The notes below the pieces were generated by a model. That model worked only from the letters and a program-made list of their open reading frames with translations. It did not search any database and was not told the origin of the DNA. Position numbers and translations under genes: made by a program. 64,000 nt of DNA from Chloroflexota bacterium (GTDB lineage: Bacteria > Chloroflexota > Dehalococcoidia > JACQUD01), in contig JACQUD010000059.1 of assembly GCA_016210485.1 (NCBI GenBank), positions 20,800-84,799 of the forward strand. Direction: 5' to 3'. Shown here one piece after another: positions 1 to 8,694 of this stretch. Positions within the stretch are counted from its first letter, which is position 1, and each line of letters opens with the position of its first letter.

Positions 1-1994
1 GGTGGCAGGCGATGGCTGAAGCCTTCAGCCTGAAAGTCCACGGCCACCCCCGCCGCCTCCAGATGGGCCTGGGTGTAGGAGCGGATGGCAGCCACCAGCC
101 CCAGGTCATCGAGAATGGTAGAACGGAGGTCTTGCATCAGCCGGCGCAGGTCCTCCAGGAGGCCCACAGCGATGATCCTGGCGTGGGCCAGCTTATTCCT
201 AATCTGGGTCTCGGAGGGCGACGCTATGTTCTCTGCGGACTCGATGCCCATGATTAGGCCGGTCAGGGCTTGCCCAGCTCCATCGTGGAGCTCTCGGGAA
301 AGCCGTCGTCGCTCCTCTTCCTGGGCGCTGATGATGGCGTTGAGGAGCTGTCCCCTAATCTCTTCCTCTTTCTTGGTCTCCCGATAGAGCAAGGAGTTCT
401 CCACAGCCAGACCCACTTGCCGCCCGATGGAGTCCAGGAGCCGGAACTCGACCTCAGTGAAGGAGGCCCCTCCTGAACAAGCCACGTTCATGACACCCAG
501 AGCCTTCTCCTTAGATCTGATGGGCACACAGGCGAAGCAGACCTCGCGCCCCAAGGCCTCTACCTTCTCTCTGAGCACCGGGCACTGGGAGATGTCATTC
601 ACCACCTGGGGATGGCCCAGGCTCAACACCTGATGGCAAGCACAAGTAGCCTCTGCCACACCAGCCTGGGGGCACTGGAAAAGGTCGGGATAGCCCGCCC
701 AGCTAGCCAATCTGAGCCTCTTGCTTCCCTCGTCAGCGATGAAGATGCCGCCGGCTTCGTCCCCGGTCACTTCCAGCACCTTCTCCAGAGCCATCCCCAG
801 TACCTCTTCCAGCTCCAGGGACTGGCTCACCGCTGTGGCAACCGAGTTGAGGGCAAGGAGCTCCTGGTTACGGGCCACCAGCTCTTTCTGAACTTTAGCC
901 AGGTCCTGGGCCATGTTGGCGAAAGCATTGCTGAGCTGTCCTATCTCATCCCGACGCCGGAGTCTGGGCACAGCATCGAAGCTCCCCGCCGCCACCCTGA
1001 CCGAAGCGGCCGTAAGCACTTTGATAGGTCTGACCACTCCCTGCATCACAAGCCATATCATCAGGAAGACGCTGGCCACCACTATGCCTCCCAGGAGGAT
1101 AAGCCTCAGCCTCAACTGTGCGATGAGGGCGAAGGCCTCCTCTTCCGATTGGCGAACGGCTATTCCCCAGGGAGCTCGCTCTAAAGGGGCGAAGGCGAGC
1201 ACATCTTTGCGCCTTTGTGGAGAGCTCGCTGGCCCATGGCATCGATAGCATGTCCTGACGGCAGCTGTGTGTTGCGCCACAAGATTGGCAAAGTGCTCCG
1301 CGCGGTCGGTGGTCTCCAGTGCTTGGGGAGGGCGCTCCGGTTCCGTCCGGGCCATGACTACGCCGTTGCTATCTACGAGCTCGGTATAACCCGTCTCGCC
1401 CAGGGTTATTGGCTTGATGAATCCGCCGATGGCGGATTGGCCTATATCAATGGCCACGCTGAGGGCACCTATCATTTGACCTGAAGCATCGAAGACAGGC
1501 ACTGTGGCGAAAACCTCGGGCGTCCCAACTGTGGGTAACTCGATCATGCTAGATATACTGGCTCCCCTTTCCTCCAGGCTGGAGGCGATGTCTCCAAACT
1601 TCGGGAAAACAACTCCCAAGGCCTCGGGGTGTTCCGATTCCACTTGGAGAACCAAGCCCGTTCTATCGAGGAGATAGACGCCGGTAGTAGCGATGCCTGA
1701 CTCGGCTAGCACCATCCTCAACGATAAGGCCCGCTCTCGGAATTCTGCTGGCGCAGGTAATTTCCCATGGAAGTCAGCGTTGCCCCGAATGTGGATTAGA
1801 AGATGATTCAGCGTCTCATCCAGATGGCTGGCTACAGTTCTGGCCATGGTTAAGCGCTCTTCCAGGATGCGCTGGGTGCTATCGCTCATGGACTGGAGGC
1901 CGAGCCAGCTGAACAGGCCAAGGCCCAGGGCCAAGCCCAGGAAGACCAGCAGCCCAATCCTTTGCTGCAGCGTTAAATTGGATAAGAACCTCAT
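1..1994 (-). CDS. Sensor histidine kinase, 5' part only (C-terminus runs off the window start). TM helix, periplasmic Cache-like sensor, HAMP, GAF, HisKA_3 (NarL-type) dimerisation/phosphoacceptor domain.
   Basis: Manual translation of the minus strand from ATG at 1994..1992. It gives a continuous ORF to position 1: MRFLSNLTLQQRIGLLVFLGLALGL (TM) ... HAMP-like VRPIKVLTAASVRVAAGSFDAVPRLRRRDEIGQLSNAFANMAQDLAKVQKEL ... GAF ... RRRLSRELHDGAGQALTGL (HisKA_3 H-box). Not in the ORF track because no stop lies inside the window. Confidence 0.75.
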   Translation of the reverse strand, partial: MRFLSNLTLQQRIGLLVFLGLALGLGLFSWLGLQSMSDSTQRILEERLTMARTVASHLDETLNHLLIHIRGNADFHGKLPAPAEFRERALSLRMVLAESGIATTGVYLLDRTGLVLQVESEHPEALGVVFPKFGDIASSLEERGASISSMIELPTVGTPEVFATVPVFDASGQMIGALSVAIDIGQSAIGGFIKPITLGETGYTELVDSNGVVMARTEPERPPQALETTDRAEHFANLVAQHTAAVRTCYRCHGPASSPQRRKDVLAFAPLERAPWGIAVRQSEEEAFALIAQLRLRLILLGGIVVASVFLMIWLVMQGVVRPIKVLTAASVRVAAGSFDAVPRLRRRDEIGQLSNAFANMAQDLAKVQKELVARNQELLALNSVATAVSQSLELEEVLGMALEKVLEVTGDEAGGIFIADEGSKRLRLASWAGYPDLFQCPQAGVAEATCACHQVLSLGHPQVVNDISQCPVLREKVEALGREVCFACVPIRSKEKALGVMNVACSGGASFTEVEFRLLDSIGRQVGLAVENSLLYRETKKEEEIRGQLLNAIISAQEEERRRLSRELHDGAGQALTGLIMGIESAENIASPSETQIRNKLAHARIIAVGLLEDLRRLMQDLRSTILDDLGLVAAIRSYTQAHLEAAGVAVDFQAEGFSHRLP

Positions 1995-2263
1995 CCCAGC
2001 CTCACCAGCAGGGTCATTACCTATAATTATACTAGTTCGTGAAACAAAATTCCTGGCAGAGTCTGCCAAGAGATTCTTGTCCCAGATATGCTTCGGGGAG
2101 AAGCACCAGTGTTAGTAAACGGCCCTATTTCTAGTGCCTTGTCTCACACTGTGTCTAGGAACTATACTGGACTTTAGCAGGTCCCTGGAACACCATGCTG
2201 CTTATCCCATTGAGGAGGGGCCGTGTCTCCAGGATTGCCCTATAATCAAGAGGGAGGAAAGAA

Positions 2264-4048
2264 TTGCGCCTGAGCCATCTCCTGGGGCGAACGGAGCGCC
2301 AGGTTCCAGCCGAGGCTGAGACAGTGAGCCACCAGTTCCTGCTCAAGGCAGGCCTCATCCACCAGGTGGCATCAGGAGTATATGCCTATTTGCCTCTGGC
2401 CTGGCGCAGCCTCCAGAAGATAGCCAAAATCATGCGGGAGGAGATGGATGCCGCCGGCGGCCAGGAGATGATGATGCCCACCCTCCAGCCCCGTGAGATG
2501 TGGGAGGAATCGGGCCGAGCCCAGGCCTTCGGCCAGGCCCTGTTCGCCGTAACCGACCGCCGGGGCCGCCCCTTAATCCTGGCTCCCACCCACGAGGAGG
2601 TGGTGACAGACCTGGCCCGGAGATTGGTGCGCTCCTATCGTGACCTCCCCATCAGGCTCTATCACATCCAGACCAAGTTTCGGGACGAGCCCCGACCCCG
2701 GGGCGGTCTCATAAGGGTTCGAGAGTTCCACATGAAGGACCTCTACAGCCTGGACGCCGACGAGGCCGGCCTGGACCAGAGCTACCAGGCCATGGTCAGG
2801 GCTTACCGCAACATCTTCATCCGCTGCGGCCTGGAGGCTATCATGGTAGAGGCCGACTCCGGGGCCATCGGAGGCAAGGAGTCCCACGAGTTCATGCTCA
2901 TCGCCGATTCCGGGGAGGACGAGGTGCTGAGATGCCCCCAATGCGACTACGCCGCCAACGCTGAGCGAGCCTCTTTTTACAAAGAGGCCATGCCATCGGA
3001 AGACCCTCTGCCTCCGATGGAAGTGGCCACCCCAGGGGTGAAGACCATCTCCGAGCTGGCCGCTTTTTTGGGCATGCCTCAGTCTCGCACCCTCAAGGCC
3101 GTGTTCTACTCCGCCGACGGCCAAGTGGTGCTGGCCCTTATCCGGGGCGATTACGACGTCAACGAGGTCAAGCTCAAGAACCTCTTGAAGTGCGCCGACC
3201 TGCGCCTGGCGGAGGACAGCCAGGCCCGGGCTGCGGGCCTGGTCCCGGGGTCAGCCTCGGCGGTGGGCCTCTCCTTCGACTCTGCTCTCCGAGCACGGAG
3301 TCCGCTCCGTTCCGAGAGTCCGCCGAGCGGACAGGGCGGACAGGGCAGGTCCCTGAAAGTGGTGGCCGACGATTCCATCGCCCTGGGGGCTAACTTTGTG
3401 GCCGGGGCCAATAAGCCCGATTTCCACCTGAGGAACGTGAATTACCCCAGGGACTTCCGCGTGGACACCCTGGCGGACATAGCGCAGGCCAAAGACAGCT
3501 ACCCCTGCCCCCGATGCCGAACGCCCATGACCTCGGTCAGGGGCATCGAGGTGGGCCACGTCTTCAAGCTGGGCGATGTCTTCAGCCAACGCTGGGGCGC
3601 TGGCTATCTGGACCGGGATGGCGTCCAGAGGCCTATCGTTATGGGGTGCTACGGCATCGGCCTGGGCCGGCTCCTGGCCGCCGCCATAGAGCAACACCAT
3701 GATGAGAGGGGCATCATCTGGCCCGTCGCCATAGCCCCGTATCACATCTATCTCTGCGCCCTGGGCATGGACAACCCTCAGGTGGCCCAGGCCGCCGAGG
3801 ACACCTACCATAAGCTCACGGCCCAGGGCCTGGAGGTCCTATACGACGACCGCCAGGAGCCGCCGGGGGTCAAGTTCAATGACGCAGACCTTCTGGGCCT
3901 GCCCATCCGCGTCGTCCTCAGCCCTCGCACCCTCAAGGAGAGCCAGGCTGAGGTGAAGAAGCGATGGGAGGACAAAACCACCCTGACACCTCTGGAGAAG
4001 CTGCCCCGCCGGCTGAAGGCAATGGTAGCCTCAGCCAAAAAGACCTAA
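2264..4048 (+). CDS. proS: Proline--tRNA ligase (bacterial type with editing domain)
   Basis: 594-aa ORF. Class II aaRS motifs and typical ProS N-terminus MRLSHLLGRTERQVPAEAETVSHQFLLKAGLIHQVASGVYAYLP. TTG start preceded by RBS agagggaggaaaga. Confidence 0.93.
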   Translation: MRLSHLLGRTERQVPAEAETVSHQFLLKAGLIHQVASGVYAYLPLAWRSLQKIAKIMREEMDAAGGQEMMMPTLQPREMWEESGRAQAFGQALFAVTDRRGRPLILAPTHEEVVTDLARRLVRSYRDLPIRLYHIQTKFRDEPRPRGGLIRVREFHMKDLYSLDADEAGLDQSYQAMVRAYRNIFIRCGLEAIMVEADSGAIGGKESHEFMLIADSGEDEVLRCPQCDYAANAERASFYKEAMPSEDPLPPMEVATPGVKTISELAAFLGMPQSRTLKAVFYSADGQVVLALIRGDYDVNEVKLKNLLKCADLRLAEDSQARAAGLVPGSASAVGLSFDSALRARSPLRSESPPSGQGGQGRSLKVVADDSIALGANFVAGANKPDFHLRNVNYPRDFRVDTLADIAQAKDSYPCPRCRTPMTSVRGIEVGHVFKLGDVFSQRWGAGYLDRDGVQRPIVMGCYGIGLGRLLAAAIEQHHDERGIIWPVAIAPYHIYLCALGMDNPQVAQAAEDTYHKLTAQGLEVLYDDRQEPPGVKFNDADLLGLPIRVVLSPRTLKESQAEVKKRWEDKTTLTPLEKLPRRLKAMVASAKKT

Positions 4049-4111
4049 TCGCCAGCTCCCTTTGAGCGTTTTGGAGCCGAAGCCCAAGCTCTGCTATAAT
4101 TAACTCCGCTT

Positions 4112-4201
<90 letters not shown>

Positions 4202-4222
4202 GACCCCCGGGGAGCAAGGAAG

Positions 4223-4711
4223 ATGAGCGGCAAAATCGCAGGGCGCAAATCGGCCAGGGAGAAGCTGCTGGAGAGCAAGGGGCTGCCCAGGGTGGAGGTA
4301 ATCACCGATAAAATGAGCAAGCGTTGGGGCACAGGGACTATGGTCATCCCGGCGCCATTAGAAGTGAATGAGCTGATGAGGACCGTGCCCAGGGGCAAGC
4401 TCACCACTATAAATGACATCCGCGCTGCCTTGGCACGCAAGCACGGGGCCACCATCGGCTGCCCTATAACCACGGGCATCTTCGCCTGGATAGCTGCCCT
4501 AGCTGCTGAGGAGGCGGCGAAGGCGGGGGAGACGGACATCACCCCCTACTGGCGGACGCTGAAGTCCGGAGGCAAGATTAATGAGAAGTATCCGGGGGGC
4601 ACAGAATACCAGGCGGCACGATTGACGGAAGAAGGGCACACCATCGAGGCCGGGATGGGCAAGGGGCCGCCCCGGGTGCTGGATTTCGAGAGGCACATGG
4701 CAAGGCTGTAG
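4223..4711 (+). CDS. Alkyltransferase-like / MGMT DNA-binding-domain-like protein (ATL/YbaZ-like; catalytic Cys absent) - tentative
   Basis: ATG at 4223 preceded by RBS ggagcaagga. The track ORF 4118..4711 reads through the tRNA and is an artefact. Architecture resembles COG3695 (E. coli YbaZ): ...TPYWRTLKSGGKIN...QAARLTEEGHTIE, with no PCHR cysteine. Confidence 0.5.
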   Translation: MSGKIAGRKSAREKLLESKGLPRVEVITDKMSKRWGTGTMVIPAPLEVNELMRTVPRGKLTTINDIRAALARKHGATIGCPITTGIFAWIAALAAEEAAKAGETDITPYWRTLKSGGKINEKYPGGTEYQAARLTEEGHTIEAGMGKGPPRVLDFERHMARL

Positions 4712-4728
4712 CCCAGACCAGGCAGAGC

Positions 4729-4818
4729 GGAGAGGTGCTGGAGTGGCCGAACAGGCACGCCTGGAGAGCGTGTAGGGGGGTAACCCCCTCGTGGGTTCGA
4801 ATCCCACCCTCTCCGCCA
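4729..4818 (+). tRNA. tRNA-Ser (anticodon GGA), long variable arm, encoded CCA
   Basis: Acceptor GGAGAGG/CCTCTCC, anticodon stem CACGC/GCGTG with loop CTGGAGA, extra arm GGGGGGTAACCCCCTC, T-arm identical to the other tRNA-Ser, G + CCA. Confidence 0.85.
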
Positions 4819-4928
4819 CTTTTTGAAGACGCTCTTGTTTCTGTAGCCAGCGCTGAGTTGCTTCCTGATGACTATGCTTTATTTTCAAACAAGTTCTATT
4901 GTAATATAGATTAATAAGAAGGGCTTCC

Positions 4929-5447
4929 ATGAAGAGATTGTCCATCCTATCTCCGGCCTTGCTCGTCCTACTATCCCTAGCTTTAGCATCCGGCTGTCAG
5001 AGGCCCGGCACTTCTCCCAGCCCAACGGCAACGCCGACTCCACAAACAGCTTTGACGCCAAGGACTACACCAGCTGGGACGCCCAGCCCAACTCCAACGT
5101 CGACCCCAAAGGCCGCGCTAGCCGGAACGCCTAGCCCAACTCCAGTGCCGACGCCGATAGCGACGACTGTGCTCCCAAGCCCGACTCCAACACCACTCCC
5201 TTTGTTTCTCACCATTATGGAACCGGCAGATGGGAGCGTTGTTGAAGCAAGCTCCATTACCATACGGGGACAGACACTCCACGGAGTTGTCGTTAGCGTG
5301 AATGGCGAGCTGGTAGATGTGGACTCCAATGGTAACTTCTCCTGGCAGGTCGCCCTGGACGAAGGCTCCAATATCATTGACATAATTGCTAGCGACGAAG
5401 CTGGTAATGAAGTGACGGCCCAGCTCGTCGTGTCTTTTGCGCCGTAG
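4929..5447 (+). CDS. Secreted lipoprotein: signal peptide with lipobox LASGC, Pro/Thr-rich linker, C-terminal Ig-like/beta-rich domain
   Basis: MKRLSILSPALLVLLSLALASGC... followed by a long PT-rich tract and a non-repetitive C-terminal domain. Confidence 0.7.
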   Translation: MKRLSILSPALLVLLSLALASGCQRPGTSPSPTATPTPQTALTPRTTPAGTPSPTPTSTPKAALAGTPSPTPVPTPIATTVLPSPTPTPLPLFLTIMEPADGSVVEASSITIRGQTLHGVVVSVNGELVDVDSNGNFSWQVALDEGSNIIDIIASDEAGNEVTAQLVVSFAP

Positions 5448-5563
5448 TAGCGCCCCAACCAAACACCTCTATCGGCGTTATATATATAGAAGGGATGAAG
5501 AAGGGATACAGGAGGCTAGCATTCTGGTGTCCCTGGTGCGTCCAAGCCTAAAGGAGGTACAAA

Positions 5564-6367
5564 ATGAGACCCTTGATGAGAACTGCTTTGATGTTGGCCT
5601 TAGTGGCGGTGTTCGCTTTAGTCAGTGTGGGCGCTGCCCTGGCTCAAACGCCTGCCCCAAACCTCGAGGTGAAGGGGGCGATAAGTGCCATAGACAAGAC
5701 GGTGACGCCACCCACCGTGACTATCACGCCAAAGGAAGGCTCGCCCGTCACTCTGAAGATAGTAGCGAGCACCATAATCATAAAGGCTGGCTTGGGCAAA
5801 GCTAGCCTAGATGACTTGGCAGTGAACGATCGCGCTGTAGCTACCTATAACCAGACTAGCATGGAAGCAAGCAGGCTCGCAGTCAGTCAACCCATAGCGA
5901 AACACCACACCTTTGTGGGCACTATTAAGAGCAAGGCATCTGCCAGCTTCGTCGTAACCACGAAGCAGGGCGATGCGACTGTTAACGTCAATGCCCAGAC
6001 AAAATACAATGTCCCCGGGGTAAAGAACGCCACCTTGGCCAATTTCAAGGAAGGGGACAAGGTCGCTGTGCTGGCGGTGGAGACCTCTAGCGGCAACCTG
6101 GTGCTCCACGTTGTTCTAATCCCCGGCAAGCCAACTTTCATTCACCGCGTGGGGACTGTTGATGCCTACGTAGCAGGCACGAGCATTACGCTCAAGGATA
6201 AGAAAGGCGAGCTCTCCACTTTCATAGTAACCGCCGACACCAAGATAGTTTTGAAGAGGGGAGCTACGGCGGTGAGCATCGGTGAGCAAGCCATCGTCGT
6301 TGCCAGGCGGAACCCAGCGACCGACCAGTTCACTGCAATGTCCATCTTGGTCTTTGGCGCCAAATAG
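5564..6367 (+). CDS. Secreted hypothetical protein with signal peptide and three internal repeats (DUF5666-like)
   Basis: MRPLMRTALMLALVAVFALVSVGAALAQ signal peptide. Repeated ~60-aa units (…KAGLGKASLDDLAVNDRAVATY / …ATLANFKEGDKVAVLAV / …GATAVSIGEQAIVVARR). RBS aaaggagg. Confidence 0.7.
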   Translation: MRPLMRTALMLALVAVFALVSVGAALAQTPAPNLEVKGAISAIDKTVTPPTVTITPKEGSPVTLKIVASTIIIKAGLGKASLDDLAVNDRAVATYNQTSMEASRLAVSQPIAKHHTFVGTIKSKASASFVVTTKQGDATVNVNAQTKYNVPGVKNATLANFKEGDKVAVLAVETSSGNLVLHVVLIPGKPTFIHRVGTVDAYVAGTSITLKDKKGELSTFIVTADTKIVLKRGATAVSIGEQAIVVARRNPATDQFTAMSILVFGAK

Positions 6368-6390
6368 CTGAAATTCCAGAAGGAGCCTAA

Positions 6391-6425
6391 AAGTCAGGCT
6401 GGGCTAATATGGCCCAGCCTGACTT
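6391..6425 (+). terminator. Intrinsic-terminator-like hairpin after the secreted-protein gene
   Basis: Perfect 14-bp stem aagtcaggctgggc / gcccagcctgactt with loop taatat. The downstream tail is only weakly U-rich. Confidence 0.45.
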
Positions 6426-6494
6426 AACATCTGAGACTTTTCATCTAGATAATCCATGACCCGTCTCACATATAATAGATAGAAACTTTCCCCT

Positions 6495-6522
6495 TTGAAT
6501 TTATCTCGGCCTCTGCTATACT
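6495..6522 (+). promoter_or_regulatory. Candidate sigma-70-type promoter of purA (TTGAAT - 16 nt - TATACT)
   Basis: Hexamers read directly; located about 35 nt upstream of the purA ATG in an AT-rich stretch. Confidence 0.35.
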
Positions 6523-6554
6523 TCTTGGGGTTTTCAGATAAACAGGAGGATAGG

Positions 6555-7838
6555 ATGCCCGTAGTAGCGATTGTCGGCGGGCAGTGGGGGGATGAAGGTA
6601 AGGGTAAGGTTGTAGACCTCCTGGCGGAGCGGGCTCACATGGTGGTGCGCTACTCCGGAGGCAGCAACGCCGGCCACACCATCGTCAACGACCTGGGCAC
6701 CTTCCGTCTCCACCTCATTCCTTCGGGCATCTTCCACCCCAAGGTATCCTGCCTCATCGGCAACGGAGTGGCCCTGGATCCCGCAGTTCTCTTGAGGGAG
6801 ATAGAGGAGCTGACGGGCTGTGGCGTCAAAATGGGCCGGCTCTACATCAGCGACCGCGCCCACCTAGTGATGCCATATCACACTCTCATCGACAAGCTGG
6901 AGGAGGAGGCCAGGGGCGGCGGGGCCATCGGCACCACCCTGCGAGGGATAGGCCCTGCCTACGCCGATAAGATAGCTCGCCAGGGGCTGCGCACCTGCGA
7001 CCTCTTGAGCGAGAACGATCTCCGGCAGCAGCTGCGCCCAATCCTGGAGCAGAAGAACCGGCTTCTGGCCCGGCTCTACGAGGCGAATCCCCTGGACCTG
7101 GACGAGATAGCACAGCTCTATATCGAGTATGGCCACAAGCTGGCCCCCTACATCCGGGACACTGGGGAAATGGCGCGGCAGGCCGTGGCCTCGGGCCAGC
7201 GGATAGTGCTGGAGGGCGCTCAGGGTACCATGCTAGATGTTGACTTCGGCACCTACCCTTACGTCACCTCATGCTCACCCTCAATAGGTGGCGCCCTGAC
7301 CGGGCTGGGGCTGGCCCCATCCGCCATTGCCGAGGTCGTGGCGGTGTTCAAGGCCTATACCACCCGGGTGGGCAGTGGCCCCCTGCCCACGGAGCTGGCC
7401 GATGAGACGGGCCAGCTCATCCGGGAGCATGCCCAGGAGTTCGGGGCCACCACAGGTCGGCCCCGGCGCTGCGGCTGGTTCGATGCCGTGGTTGCCCGCT
7501 ACGCCGCCCAGGTCAACGGCTGCACCGCATTCGCCATAACCCGGCTGGATGTTCTGGATATCCTGCCCAAAATTAAGGTCTGCGTGAGTTATGAGGCGGA
7601 GGGCAAAAGGCTATCCCGACCCCCCGCCTCCACAGCCCTCATGGAGAGGTGCACCCCCATCTACGAGGAGATGGAGGGCTGGCGGGAGCCTATCACGGAC
7701 ATTCGCCGCTTCGCAGACCTGCCCAGGGCCGCCCAGGCCTACGTCCGCCGTCTGGAGGAGCTAACAGGCTGCCCCGCAGCCATTATCTCGGTGGGGCCGC
7801 GTCGGGAGGAGACAATAGAGGTCAGACCTCTGTTCTGA
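6555..7838 (+). CDS. purA: Adenylosuccinate synthetase
   Basis: MPVVAIVGGQWGDEGKGKVVDLL... P-loop and GHTIV motif. RBS aggagga before ATG at 6555. The track ORF started upstream at 6495. Confidence 0.95.
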   Translation: MPVVAIVGGQWGDEGKGKVVDLLAERAHMVVRYSGGSNAGHTIVNDLGTFRLHLIPSGIFHPKVSCLIGNGVALDPAVLLREIEELTGCGVKMGRLYISDRAHLVMPYHTLIDKLEEEARGGGAIGTTLRGIGPAYADKIARQGLRTCDLLSENDLRQQLRPILEQKNRLLARLYEANPLDLDEIAQLYIEYGHKLAPYIRDTGEMARQAVASGQRIVLEGAQGTMLDVDFGTYPYVTSCSPSIGGALTGLGLAPSAIAEVVAVFKAYTTRVGSGPLPTELADETGQLIREHAQEFGATTGRPRRCGWFDAVVARYAAQVNGCTAFAITRLDVLDILPKIKVCVSYEAEGKRLSRPPASTALMERCTPIYEEMEGWREPITDIRRFADLPRAAQAYVRRLEELTGCPAAIISVGPRREETIEVRPLF

Positions 7839-7910
7839 GTGAGGTCGTCCCTCTCATTTTTCAGTCGCTGCGCTTCCTCAGAATGGCAAAAACGAAGCGC
7901 CTGCTAGAAG

Positions 7911-8675
7911 CTAGAGCACCAACTCCCCCAGCTCAAAAACAGGGCCTTCTTTGCAGACGCGCTTCAGGCCATGGCGAGTGAGAAGGCTGCAACCCAGGCA
8001 CAGCCCCACCCCACACCCCATCCTCTCCTCCGTGGACATCTGGGCCGAGGCCATGACGGGATGCTTTGCCATCAGGCCCTGGAGGCTTCGATACATCTCT
8101 AATGGGCCGCAGGCGAAGACCTGACTATGTCCATCCAAGAGTCGGGGCAGGACATCGGTGACTCGACCCTTCTCCCCAGCGGAGCCATCGTCGGTGGCCA
8201 GGACGAGGTTCACCCCGGTGGGGATGAGGGAGGAGGGATAGAGGAGATTGGCGGCCCTGGCCCCCAGGAGCAAGGTCACCCTCAGATTTTGGGACAGGGC
8301 AGATTCGGCCAGGGCCAGGAGGGGAGCGATGCCCAGGCCGCCGGCGGCGGCCAAGATGGGGCCCACCGACCTAAGCTCGAACCCTCGGCCCAGGGGGCCC
8401 AGGACATCCAACCTATCTCCAACTTGCCGTTCCGCCAACCATCTCGTCCCTTTCCCCATCACCTGAAAAAGCAGAGCCACCTGGCCAGCCCTCCCCCCCC
8501 TGCCCAGACGATGCAAACTCAACGGGCGGCGCAAGAGCATCTCCGAGCCGCAACTCACCATGAAAAACTGGCCAGGCTGCGCAGCCGAAGCCAACTCTGG
8601 GGCCTCTAGCCAAAGGAGGTAGACCTGGGGCATGACCTGGGATATTTCGGTTATGGCACAGGCTTTACGGAGCAA
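7911..8675 (-). CDS. pyrK: Dihydroorotate dehydrogenase electron-transfer subunit (FAD/NAD-binding, 2Fe-2S)
   Basis: FNR-like fold. C-terminal cysteine cluster CGVGLCLGC. Sits immediately downstream of carB in the pyr operon. Confidence 0.88.
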   Translation of the reverse strand: MLRKACAITEISQVMPQVYLLWLEAPELASAAQPGQFFMVSCGSEMLLRRPLSLHRLGRGGRAGQVALLFQVMGKGTRWLAERQVGDRLDVLGPLGRGFELRSVGPILAAAGGLGIAPLLALAESALSQNLRVTLLLGARAANLLYPSSLIPTGVNLVLATDDGSAGEKGRVTDVLPRLLDGHSQVFACGPLEMYRSLQGLMAKHPVMASAQMSTEERMGCGVGLCLGCSLLTRHGLKRVCKEGPVFELGELVL

Positions 8676-8694
8676 GCTACCTCCTTATGAAGGG

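Noticed and set aside
1995-2263. Possible T-box leaders upstream of proS, and likewise metG (60788..60954) and hisS (62830..62899)
   Set aside because: I looked for the conserved T-box sequence (AGGGUGGNACCGCG) and a specifier-loop/terminator arrangement. None was found. The metG and hisS spacers are also too short (about 70-140 nt).
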